Positions 30,610 through 45,370 of a DNA stretch of 64,000 bases are shown here, piece after piece. Within the stretch, counting starts at the first letter, position 1, and every line of letters begins with the position of its first letter. A program made the translations under genes and the position numbers. Location: NCBI GenBank assembly GCA_032718475.1, contig JAUCBJ010006717.1, forward strand, positions 62,001 to 126,000, written 5' to 3'. Under the pieces are notes generated by a model that was given only the letters and a program-made list of their open reading frames with translations, made no database searches and was not told the DNA's origin. Source of the stretch: Nemertoderma westbladi. Its lineage: Eukaryota; Animalia; Xenacoelomorpha.

Positions 30610-33600
30610 ATGAACTATCAGAATGGAATGAACTATCAGAATGGAATGAACTATCAGAATGGAATGAACTATCAGAATGGAATGAACTATCAGAATGGAA
30701 TGAACTATCAGAATGGAATGAACTATCAGAATGGAATGAATGAACTATCAGAATGGAATGAACTATTAGAATGGAATGAACTATCAGAATGGAATGAACT
30801 ATCAGAATGGAATGAACTATCAGAATGGAATGAATGAACTATCAGAATGGAATGAACTATCAGAATGGAATGAACTATCAGAATGGAACGAATGAACTAT
30901 CAGAATGGAATGAACTATCAGAATGGAATGAACTATCAGAATGGAATTAACAATCAGAATGGAATGAACTATCAGAATGGAATGAACTATCAGAATGGAA
31001 TGAACTATCAGAATGGAATGAATGAACTATCAGAATGGAATGAACTATCAGAATGGAATGAACTATCAGAATGGAATCAACAATCAGAATGGAATGAACT
31101 ATCAGAATGGAATGAACTATCAGAATGGAATGAACTATCAGAATGGAATGAACTATCAGAATGGAATTAACAATCAGAATGGAATGAATGAACTATCAGA
31201 ATGGAATGAACTATCAGAATGGAATGAACTATCAGAATGGAATTAACAATCAGAATGGAATTAACTATCAGAATGGAATGAACAACCAGTATGGAATGTA
31301 TGAACTATCAGAATGGAATGAACTATCAGAATGGAATTAACAATCAGAATGGAATGAACTATCAGAATGGAATGAACTATCAGAATGGAATGAACTATCA
31401 GAATGGAATGAACTATCAGAATGGAATTAACAATCAGAATGGAATGAATGAACTATCAGAATGGAATGAATGAACTATCAGAATGGAATTAACTATCAGA
31501 ATGGAATGAACTATCAGAATGGAATGAACTATCAGAATGGAATGAACTATCAGAATGGAATGAATGAACTATCAGAATGGAATGAACTATCAGAATGGAA
31601 TGAACTATCAGAATGGAATTAACAATCAGAATGGAATTAACTATCAGAATGGAATGAACAACCAGTATGGAATGTATGAACTATCAGAATGGAATGAACT
31701 ATCAGAATGGAATGAACTATCAGAATGGAATGAACTATCAGAATGGAATGAACTATCAGAATGGAATGAACTATCAGAATGGAATGAATGATCAGAATGG
31801 AATGAACTATCAGAATGGAATGAATGAACTATCAGAATGGAATGAACTATCAGAATGGAATGAACTATCAGAATGGAATTAACAATCAGAATGGAATGAA
31901 CTATAAAAATGGAATGAACTATCAGAATGGAATGAACTATCAGAATGGAATGAACTATCAGAATGGAATGAATGAACTATCAGAATGGAATGAACTATCA
32001 GAATGGAATGAACTATCAGAATGGAATTAACAATCAGAATGGAATTAACTATCAGAATGGAATGAACAACCAGTATGGAATGTATGAACTATCAGAATGG
32101 AATGAACTATCAGAATGGAATGAACTATCAGAATGGAATGAACTATCAGAATGGAATGAACTATCAGAATGGAATGAACTATCAGAATGGAATGAACTAT
32201 CAGAATGGAATGAACTATCAGAATGGAATGTATGAACTATCAGAATGGAATGAACTATCAGAATGGAATGTATGAACTATCAGAATGGAATGAACTATCA
32301 GAATGGAATGAACTATCAGAATGGAATTAACAATCAGAATGGAATTAACTATCAGAATGGAATGAACAACCAGTATGGAATGTATGAACTATCAGAATGG
32401 AATGAACTATCAGAATGGAATGAACTATCAGAATGGAATGAACTATCAGAATGGAATGAACTATCAGAATGGAATGAACTATCAGAATGGAATGAATGAA
32501 CTATCAGAATGGAATTAACAATCAGAATGGAATGAACTATCAGAATGGAATGAACTATCAGAATGGAATGAACTATCAGAATGGAATGAACTATCAGAAT
32601 GGAATGAGCTATCAGAATGGAATGAACAATCAGAATGGAATTAACAATCAGAATGGAATGAACTATCAGAATGGAATGAACTATCAGAATGGAATGAACT
32701 ATCAGAATGGAATGAACAATCAGAATGGAATTAACAATCAGAATGGAATGAACTATCAGAATGGAATGAACAACCAGTATGGAATGAACTATCAGAATGG
32801 AATGAACTATCAGAATGGAATGAACTATCAGAATGGAATGAACTATCAGAATGGAATGAACTATAAAAATGGAATTAACTATCAGAATGGAATGAACAAC
32901 CAGTATGGAATGTATGAACTATCAGAATGGAATGAATGAACTATCAGAATGGAATGAACTATCAGAATGGAATGAACTATCAGAATGGAATGAACTATCA
33001 GAATGGAATGAACAATCAGAATGGAATTAATGAACTATCAGAATGGAATGAACTATCAGAATGGAATGAACTATCAGAATGGAATGAACTATCAGAATGG
33101 AATGAACTATCAGAATGGAATGAACTATCAGAATGGAATGAACTATCAGAATGGAATGAACTATCAGAATGGAATGAACTATCAGAATGGAATGAACTAT
33201 CAGAATGGAATGAACAATCAGAATGGAATGAACTATCAGAATGGAATGAACTATCAGAATGGAATGAACTATCAGAATGGAATGAACTATCAGAATGGAA
33301 TGAACTATCAGAATGGAATGAACTATCAGAATGGAATGAACAATCATAATGGAATGAACTATCAGAATGGAATGAACTATCAGAATGGAATGAACTATCA
33401 GAATGGAATGAACTATCAGAATGGAATGAATGAACTATCAGAATGGAATGAACTATCAGAATGGAATGAACTATCAGAATGGAATGAACTATCAGAATGG
33501 AATGAACTATCAGAATGGAATGAACTATCAGAATGGAATGAACTATCAGAATGGAATGAACTTTCAGAATGGAATGAATGAACTATCAGAATGGAATGAA

Positions 33601-36600
33601 CTATCAGAATGGAATGAACTATCAGAATGGAATGAACTATCAGAATGGAATGAATGAACTATCAGAATGGAATGAACTATCAGAATGGAATGAACTATCA
33701 GAATGGAATGAACTATCAGAATGGAATGAACTATCAGAATGGAATGAACTATCAGAATGGAATGAACTATCAGAATGGAATGAACTATCAGAATGGAATG
33801 AACTATCAGAATGGAATGAACTATCAGAATGGAATGAACTATCAGAATGGAATGAACTATCAGAATGGAATGAACTATCAGAATGGAATGAATGAACTAT
33901 CAGAATGGAATGAACAATCAGAATGGAATGAATGAACTATCAGAATGGAATGAACTATCAGAATGGAATGAACTATCAGAATGGAATGAACTATCAGAAT
34001 GGAATGAACTATCAGAATGGAATGAACTATCAGAATGGAATGAACTATCAGAATGGAATGAACAATCAGAATGGAATGAATGAACTATCAGAATGGAATG
34101 AACTATCAGAATGGAATGAACTATCAGAATGGAATGAACTATCAGAATGGAATGAACTATCAGAATGGAATGAATGAACTATCAGAATGGAATGAACAAT
34201 CAGAATGGAATGAATGAACTATCAGAATGGAATGAACTATCAGAATGGAATGAACTATCAGAATGGAATGAACTATCAGAATGGAATGAATGAACTATCA
34301 GTATGGAATGAACTATCAGAATGGAATGAACTATCAGAATGGAATGAACTATCAGAATGGAATGAACTATCAGTATGGAATGAATGAACTATCAGAATGG
34401 AATGAACAATCAGAATGGAATGAATGAACTATCAGAATGGAATGAATGAACTATCAGAATGGAATGAACTATCAGAATGGAATGAACTATCAGAATGGAA
34501 TGAACTATCAGAATGGAATGAACTATCAGAATGGAATGAACTATCAGAATGGAATGAACTATCAGAATGGAATGAATGAACTATCAGAATGGAATGAACT
34601 ATCAGAATGGAATGAACTATCAGAATGGAATGAACTATCAGAATGGAATGAACTATCAGAATGGAATGAATGAACTATCAGAATGGAATGAATGAACTAT
34701 CAGAATGGAATGAACTATCAGAATGGAATGAACTATCAGAATGGAATGAACTATCAGAATGGAATGAACTATCAGAATGGAATGAACTATCAGAATGGAA
34801 TGAACTATCAGAATGGAATGAATGAACTATCAGAATGGAATGAACTATCAGAATGGAATGAACTATCAGAATGGAATGAACTATCAGAATGGAATGAACT
34901 ATCAGAATGGAATGAATGAACTATCAGAATGGAATGAACTATCAGAATGGAATGAACTATCAGAATGGAACGAATGAACTATCAGAATGGAATGAACTAT
35001 CAGAATGGAATGAACTATCAGAATGGAATTAACAATCAGAATGGAATGAACTATCAGAATGGAATGAACTATCAGAATGGAATGAACTATCAGAATGGAA
35101 TGAATGAACTATCAGAATGGAATGAACAATCATAATGGAATGAACTATCAGAATGGAATGAACTATCAGAATGGAATGAACTATCAGAATGGAATGAACT
35201 ATTAGAATGGAATGAACTATCAGAATGGAATGAACTATCAGAATGGAATGAACTATCAGAATGGAATGAACTATCAGAATGGAATGAACTATCAGAATGG
35301 AATGAACTATCAGAATGGAATGAACTATCAGAATGGAATGAACTATCAGAATGGAATGAACAATCAGAATGGAATGAACTAACAGAATGGAATGAACTAT
35401 CAGAATGGAATGAACTATCAGAATGGAATGAACTATCAGAATGGAATGAACTATCAGAATGGAATGAACTATCAGAATGGAATGAACTATCAGAATGGAA
35501 TGAACTATCAGAATGGAATGAACTATCAGAATGGAATGAACTATCAGAATGGAATGAATGAACTATCAGAATGGAATGAACTATCAGAATGGAATGAACT
35601 ATCAGAATGGAATGAACTATCAGAATGGAATGAACTATCAGAATGGAATGAACTATCAGAATGGAATGAACTATCAGAATGGAATGAATGAACTATCAGA
35701 ATGGAATGAACTATCAGAATGGAATGAACTATCAGAATGGAATGAACTATCAGAATGGAATGAACTATCAGAATGGAATGAATGAACTATCAGAATGGAA
35801 TGAACTATCAGAATGGAATGAACTATCAGAATGGAACGAATGAACTATCAGAATGGAATGAACTATCAGAATGGAATGAACTATCAGAATGGAATTAACA
35901 ATCAGAATGGAATGAACTATCAGAATGGAATGAACTATCAGAATGGAATGAACTATCAGAATGGAATGAATGAACTATCAGAATGGAATGAACTATCAGA
36001 ATGGAATGAACTATCAGAATGGAATTAACAATCAGAATGGAATGAACTATCAGAATGGAATGAACTATCAGAATGGAATGAACTATCAGAATGGAATGAA
36101 CTATCAGAATGGAATTAACAATCAGAATGGAATGAATGAACTATCAGAATGGAATGAACTATCAGAATGGAATGAACTATCAGAATGGAATTAACAATCA
36201 GAATGGAATTAACTATCAGAATGGAATGAACAACCAGTATGGAATGTATGAACTATCAGAATGGAATGAACTATCAGAATGGAATTAACAATCAGAATGG
36301 AATGAACTATCAGAATGGAATGAACTATCAGAATGGAATGAACTATCAGAATGGAATGAACTATCAGAATGGAATTAACAATCAGAATGGAATGAATGAA
36401 CTATCAGAATGGAATGAATGAACTATCAGAATGGAATGAACTATCAGAATGGAATGAACTATCAGAATGGAATGAACTATCAGAATGGAATGAACTATCA
36501 GAATGGAATGAATGAACTATCAGAATGGAATGAACTATCAGAATGGAATGAACTATCAGAATGGAATTAACAATCAGAATGGAATTAACTATCAGAATGG

Positions 36601-39600
36601 AATGAACAACCAGTATGGAATGTATGAACTATCAGAATGGAATGAACTATCAGAATGGAATGAACTATCAGAATGGAATGAACTATCAGAATGGAATGAA
36701 CTATCAGAATGGAATGAACTATCAGAATGGAATGAATGATCAGAATGGAATGAACTATCAGAATGGAATGAATGAACTATCAGAATGGAATGAACTATCA
36801 GAATGGAATGAACTATCAGAATGGAATTAACAATCAGAATGGAATTAACTATCAGAATGGAATGAACAACCAGTATGGAATGTATGAACTATCAGAATGG
36901 AATGAACTATCAGAATGGAATGAACTATCAGAATGGAATGAACTATCAGAATGGAATGAACTATCAGAATGGAATGAACTATCAGAATGGAATTAACAAT
37001 CAGAATGGAATGAACTATCAGAATGGAACGAACTATCAGAATGGAATGAACTATCAGAATGGAATGAACTATCAGAATGGAATGAACTATCAGAATGAAA
37101 TGTATGAACTATCAGAATGGAATGAACTATCAGAATGGAATGAACTATCAGAATGGAATTAACAATCAGAATGGAATTAACTATCAGAATGGAATGAACA
37201 ACCAGTATGGAATGTATGAACTATCAGAATGGAATGAACTATCAGAATGGAATGAACTATCAGAATGGAATGAACTATCAGAATGGAATGAACTATCAGA
37301 ATGGAATGAACTATCAGAATGGAATGAATGAACTATCAGAATGGAATTAACAATCAGAATGGAATGAACTATCAGAATGGAATGAACTATCAGAATGGAA
37401 TGAACTATCAGAATGGAATGAACTATCAGAATGGAATGAGCTATCAGAATGGAATGAACAATCAGAATGGAATTAACAATCAGAATGGAATGAACTATCA
37501 GAATGGAATGAACTATCAGAATGGAATGAACTATCAGAATGGAATGAACAATCAGAATGGAATTAACAATCAGAATGGAATGAACTATCAGAATGGAATG
37601 AACAACCAGTATGGAATGAACTATCAGAATGGAATGAACTATCAGAATGGAATGAACTATCAGAATGGAATGAACTATCAGAATGGAATGAACTATAAAA
37701 ATGGAATTAACTATCAGAATGGAATGAACAACCAGTATGGAATGTATGAACTATCAGAATGGAATGAATGAACTATCAGAATGGAATGAACTATCAGAAT
37801 GGAATGAACTATCAGAATGGAATGAACTATCAGAATGGAATGAACAATCAGAATGGAATTAATGAACTATCAGAATGGAATGAACTATCAGAATGGAATG
37901 AACTATCAGAATGGAATGAACTATCAGAATGGAATGAACTATCAGAATGGAATGAACTATCAGAATGGAATGAACTATCAGAATGGAATGAACTATCAGA
38001 ATGGAATGAACTATCAGAATGGAATGAACTATCAGAATGGAATGAACAATCAGAATGGAATGAACTATCAGAATGGAATGAACTATCAGAATGGAATGAA
38101 CTATCAGAATGGAATGAACTATCAGAATGGAATGAACTATCAGAATGGAATGAACTATCAGAATGGAATGAACTATCAGAATGGAATGAACTATCAGAAT
38201 GGAATGAATGAACTATCAGAATGGAATGAACTATCAGAATGGAATGAACTATCAGAATGGAATGAACTATCAGAATGGAATGAACTATCAGAATGGAATG
38301 AACTATCAGAATGGAATGAACTATCAGAATGGAATGAACTTTCAGAATGGAATGAATGAACTATCAGAATGGAATGAACTATCAGAATGGAATGAACTAT
38401 CAGAATGGAATGAACTATCAGAATGGAATGAATGAACTATCAGAATGGAATGAACTATCAGAATGGAATGAACTATCAGAATGGAATGAACTATCAGAAT
38501 GGAATGAACTATCAGAATGGAATGAACTATCAGAATGGAATGAACTATCAGAATGGAATGAACTATCAGAATGGAATGAACTATCAGAATGGAATGGACT
38601 ATCAGAATGGAATGAACTATCAGAATGGAATGAACTATCAGAATGGAATGAACTATCAGAATGGAATGAATGAACTATCAGAATGGAATGAACAATCAGA
38701 ATGGAATGAATGAACTATCAGAATGGAATGAACTATCAGAATGGAATGAACTATCAGAATGGAATGAACTATCAGAATGGAATGAACTATCAGAATGGAA
38801 TGAACTATCAGAATGGAATGAACTATCAGAATGGAATGAACAATCAGAATGGAATGAATGAACTATCAGAATGGAATGAACTATCAGAATGGAATGAACT
38901 ATCAGAATGGAATGAACTATCAGAATGGAATGAATGAACTATCAGAATGGAATGAACAATCAGAATGGAATGAATGAACTATCAGAATGGAATGAACTAT
39001 CAGAATGGAATGAACTATCAGAATGGAATGAACTATCAGAATGGAATGAATGAACTATCAGTATGGAATGAACTATCAGAATGGAATGAACTATCAGAAT
39101 GGAATGAACTATCAGAATGGAATGAACTATCAGTATGGAATGAATGAACTATCAGAATGGAATGAACAATCAGAATGGAATGAATGAACTATCAGAATGG
39201 AATGAACTATCAGAATGGAATGAACTATCAGAATGGAATGAACTATCAGAATGGAATGAACTATCAGAATGGAATGAACTATCAGAATGGAATGAACTAT
39301 CAGAATGGAATGAATGAACTATCAGAATGGAATGAACTATCAGAATGGAATGAACTATCAGAATGGAATGAACTATCAGAATGGAATGAACTATCAGAAT
39401 GGAATGAATGAACTATCAGAATGGAATGAATGAACTATCAGAATGGAATGAACTATCAGAATGGAATGAACTATCAGAATGGAATGAACTATCAGAATGG
39501 AATGAACTATCAGAATGGAATGAACTATCAGAATGGAATGAACTATCAGAATGGAATGAATGAACTATCAGAATGGAATGAACTATCAGAATGGAATGAA

Positions 39601-39950
39601 CTATCAGAATGGAATGAACTATCAGAATGGAATGAACTATCAGAATGGAATGAATGAACTATCAGAATGGAATGAACTATCAGAATGGAATGAACTATCA
39701 GAATGGAACGAATGAACTATCAGAATGGAATGAACTATCAGAATGGAATGAACTATCAGAATGGAATTAACAATCAGAATGGAATGAACTATCAGAATGG
39801 AATGAACTATCAGAATGGAATGAACTATCAGAATGGAATGAATGAACTATCAGAATGGAATGAACAATCATAATGGAATGAACTATCAGAATGGAATGAA
39901 CTATCAGAATGGAATGAACTATCAGAATGGAATGAACTATCAGAATGGAA
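30610..39950 (+). repeat. Higher-order tandem duplication of about 4.7-4.9 kb
   Basis: Offsets of 4948 (30610/35558, 30883/35831, 31291/36239, 31667/36615), 4832 (32496/37328, 32936/37768), 4778 (33430/38208) and 4738 (34692/39430). Confidence 0.88.
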
Positions 39951-40535
39951 TGAACTATCAGAATGGAATGAACTATCAGAATGGAATGAACTATCAGAAT
40001 GGAATGAACTATCAGAATGGAATGAACTATCAGAATGGAATGAATGAACTATCAGAATGGAATGAACTATCAGAATGGAATGAACTATCAGAATGGAATG
40101 AACTATCAGAATGGAATGAACTATCAGAATGGAATGAACTATCAGAATGGAATGAACTATCAGAATGGAATGAACAATCAGAATGGAATGAATGAACTAT
40201 CAGAATGGAATGAACTATCAGAATGGAATGAACTATCAGAATGGAATGAACTATCAGAATGGAATGAACTATCAGAATGGAATGAATGAACTATCAGAAT
40301 GGAATGAACAATCAGAATGGAATGAATGAACTATCAGAATGGAATGAACTATCAGAATGGAATGAACTATCAGAATGGAATGAACTATCAGAATGGAATG
40401 AACTATCAGAATGGAATGAATGAACTATCAGAATGGAATGAACTATCAGAATGGAATGAACTATCAGAATGGAATGAACTATCAGAATGGAATGAACTAT
40501 CAGAATGGAATGAATGAACTATCAGAATGGAATGA

Positions 40536-43500
40536 ATGAACTATCAGAATGGAATGAACTATCAGAATGGAATGAACTATCAGAATGGAATGAACTATCA
40601 GAATGGAATGAACTATCAGAATGGAATGAACTATCAGAATGGAATGAACTATCAGAATGGAATGAATGAACTATCAGAATGGAATGAACTATCAGAATGG
40701 AATGAACTATCAGAATGGAATGAACTATCAGAATGGAATGAACTATCAGAATGGAATGAATGAACTATCAGAATGGAATGAACTATCAGAATGGAATGAA
40801 CTATCAGAATGGAACGAATGAACTATCAGAATGGAATGAACTATCAGAATGGAATGAACTATCAGAATGGAATTAACAATCAGAATGGAATGAACTATCA
40901 GAATGGAATGAACTATCAGAATGGAATGAACTATCAGAATGGAATGAATGAACTATCAGAATGGAATGAACAATCATAATGGAATGAACTATCAGAATGG
41001 AATGAACTATCAGAATGGAATGAACTATCAGAATGGAATGAACTATCAGAATGGAATGAACTATCAGAATGGAATGAACTATCAGAATGGAATGAACTAT
41101 CAGAATGGAATGAACTATCAGAATGGAATGAACTATCAGAATGGAATGAACTATCAGAATGGAATGAACTATCAGAATGGAATGAACTATCAGAATGGAA
41201 TGAACTATCAGAATGGAATGAACAATCAGAATGGAATGAACTATCAGAATGGAATGAACTATCAGAATGGAATGAACTATCAGAATGGAATGAACTATCA
41301 GAATGGAATGAACTATCAGAATGGAATGAACTATCAGAATGGAATGAACAATCATAATGGAATGAACTATCAGAATGGAATGAACTATCAGAATGGAATG
41401 AACTATCAGAATGGAATGAACTATCAGAATGGAATGAATGAACTATCAGAATGGAATGAACTATCAGAATGGAATGAACTATCAGAATGGAATGAACTAT
41501 CAGAATGGAATGAACTATCAGAATGGAATGAACTATCAGAATGGAATGAACTATCAGAATGGAATGAATGAACTATCAGAATGGAATGAACTATCAGAAT
41601 GGAATGAACTATCAGAATGGAATGAACTATCAGAATGGAATGAACAATCAGAATGGAATGAACTATCAGAATGGAATGAACTATCAGAATGGAATGAACT
41701 TTCAGAATGGAATGAATGAACTATCAGAATGGAATGAACTATCAGAATGGAATGAACTATCAGAATGGAATGAACTATCAGAATGGAATGAATGAACTAT
41801 CAGAATGGAATGAACTATCAGAATGGAATGAACTATCAGAATGGAATGAACTATCAGAATGGAATGAACTATCAGAATGGAATGAACTATCAGAATGGAA
41901 TGAACTATCAGAATGGAATGAACTATCAGAATGGAATGAACTATCAGAATGGAATGAACTATCAGAATGGAATGAACTATCAGAATGGAATGAACTATCA
42001 GAATGGAATGAACTATCAGAATGGAATGAATGAACTATCAGAATGGAATGAACAATCAGAATGGAATGAATGAACTATCAGAATGGAATGAACTATCAGA
42101 ATGGAATGAACTATCAGAATGGAATGAACTATCAGAATGGAATGAACTATCAGAATGGAATGAACTATCAGAATGGAATGAACTATCAGAATGGAATGAA
42201 CTATCAGAATGGAATGAACAATCAGAATGGAATGAATGAACTATCAGAATGGAATGAACTATCAGAATGGAATGAACTATCAGAATGGAATGAACTATCA
42301 GAATGGAATGAACTATCAGAATGGAATGAATGAACTATCAGAATGGAATGAACAATCAGAATGGAATGAATGAACTATCAGAATGGAATGAACTATCAGA
42401 ATGGAATGAACTATCAGAATGGAATGAACTATCAGAATGGAATGAATGAACTATCAGAATGGAATGAACTATCAGTATGGAATGAACTATCAGAATGGAA
42501 TGAACTATCAGAATGGAATGAACTATCAGAATGGAATGAACTATCAGTATGGAATGAATGAACTATCAGAATGGAATGAACAATCAGAATGGAATGAATG
42601 AGCTATCAGAATGGAATGAACTATCAGAATGGAATGAACTATCAGAATGGAATGAACTATCAGAATGGAATGAACTATCAGAATGGAATGAACTATCAGA
42701 ATGGAATGAACTATCAGAATGGAATGAACTATCAGAATGGAATGAACTATCAGAATGGAATGAACTATCAGAATGGAATGAACTATCAGAATGGAATGAA
42801 CTATCAGAATGGAATGAACTATCAGAATGGAATGAATGAACTATCAGAATGGAATGAATGAACTATCAGAATGGAATGAACTATCAGAATGGAATGAACT
42901 ATCAGAATGGAATGAACTATCAGAATGGAATGAACTATCAGAATGGAATGAACTATCAGAATGGAATGAACTATCAGAATGGAATGAATGAACTATCAGA
43001 ATGGAATGAACTATCAGAATGGAATGAACTATCAGAATGGAATGAACTATCAGAATGGAATGAACTATCAGAATGGAATGAATGAACTATCAGAATGGAA
43101 TGAACTATCAGAATGGAATGAACTATCAGAATGGAACGAATGAACTATCAGAATGGAATGAACTATCAGAATGGAATGAACTATCAGAATGGAATTAACA
43201 ATCAGAATGGAATGAACTATCAGAATGGAATGAACTATCAGAATGGAATGAACTATCAGAATGGAATGAATGAACTATCAGAATGGAATGAACTATCAGA
43301 ATGGAATTAACAATCAGAATGGAATGAACTATCAGAATGGAATGAACTATCAGAATGGAATGAACTATCAGAATGGAATGAATGAACTATCAGAATGGAA
43401 TGAACTATCAGAATGGAATGAACTATCAGAATGGAATGAACTATCAGAATGGAATGAACTATCAGAATGGAATGAATGAACTATCAGAATGGAATGAACT

Positions 43501-45370
43501 ATCAGAATGGAATGAACTATCAGAATGGAATGAACTATCAGAATGGAACGAATGAACTATCAGAATGGAATGAACTATCAGAATGGAATGAACTATCAGA
43601 ATAGAATGAACTATCAGAATGGAATGAACTATCAGAATGGAATGAACTATCAGAATGGAATGAACTATCGGAATGGAATTAACAATCAGAATGGAATGAA
43701 CTATCAGAATGGAATGAACTATCAGAATGGAATGAACTATCAGAATGGAATGAACTATCAGAATGGAATTAACAATCAGAATGGAATGAATGAACTATCA
43801 GAATGGAATGAACTATCAGAATGGAATGAACTATCAGAATGGAATTAACAATCAGAATGGAATTAACTATCAGAATGGAATGAACAACCAGTATGGAATG
43901 TATGAACTATCAGAATGGAATGAACTATCAGAATGGAATTAACAATCAGAATGGAATGAACTATCAGAATGGAATGAACTATCAGAATGGAATGAACTAT
44001 CAGAATGGAATGAACTATCAGAATGGAATTAACAATCAGAATGGAATGAATGAACTATCAGAATGGAATGAATGAACTATCAGAATGGAATGAACTATCA
44101 GAATGGAATGAACTATCAGAATGGAATGAACTATCAGAATGGAATGAACTATCAGAATGGAATGAATGAACTATCAGAATGGAATGAACTATCAGAATGG
44201 AATGAACTATCAGAATGGAATTAACAATCAGAATGGAATTAACTATCAGAATGGAATGAACAACCAGTATGGAATGTATGAACTATCAGAATGGAATGAA
44301 CTATCAGAATGGAATGAACTATCAGAATGGAATGAACTATCAGAATGGAATGAACTATCAGAATGGAATGAACTATCAGAATGGAATGAATGATCAGAAT
44401 GGAATGAACTATCAGAATGGAATGAATGAACTATCAGAATGGAATGAACTATCAGAATGGAATGAACTATCAGAATGGAATTAACAATCAGAATGGAATT
44501 AACTATCAGAATGGAATGAACAACCAGTATGGAATGTATGAACTATCAGAATGGAATGAACTATCAGAATGGAATGAACTATCAGAATGGAATGAACTAT
44601 CAGAATGGAATGAACTATCAGAATGGAATTAACAATCAGAATGGAATGAACTATCAGAATGGAATGAACTATCAGAATGGAATGAACTATCAGAATGGAA
44701 TGAACTATCAGAATGGAATGAACTATCAGAATGGAATGTATGAACTATCAGAATGGAATGAACTATCAGAATGGAATGAACTATCAGAATGGAATTAACA
44801 ATCAGAATGGAATTAACTATCAGAATGGAATGAACAACCAGTATGGAATGTATGAACTATCAGAATGGAATGAACTATCAGAATGGAATGAACTATCAGA
44901 ATGGAATGAACTATCAGAATGGAATGAACTATCAGAATGGAATGAACTATCAGAATGGAATGAATGAACTACCAGAATGGAATTAACAATCAGAATGGAA
45001 TGAACTATCAGAATGGAATGAACTATCAGAATGGAATGGACTATCAGAATGGAATGAACTATCAGAATGGAATGAGCTATCAGAATGGAATGAACAATCA
45101 GAATGGAATTAACAATCAGAATGGAATGAACTATCAGAATGGAATGAACTATCAGAATGGAATGAACTATCAGAATGGAATGAACAATCAGAATGGAATT
45201 AACAATCAGAATGGAATGAACTATCAGAATGGAATGAACAACCAGTATGGAATGAACTATCAGAATGGAATGAACTATCAGAATGGAATGAACTATCAGA
45301 ATGGAATGAACTATCAGAATGGAATGAACTATAAAAATGGAATTAACTATCAGAATGGAATGAACAACCA
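40536..45370 (+). repeat. Long-range copy of about 28006-33000 (offset about 12.3-12.6 kb)
   Basis: Offsets 28006/40536 and 28418/40948 (12530), 28890/41438 (12548), 30118/42370 (12252), 31291/43893 (12602). Shared order of GGAACGAATG, CAATCAT, CTTTC, GAATGATCAG and GAGCTATC markers. Confidence 0.8.
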
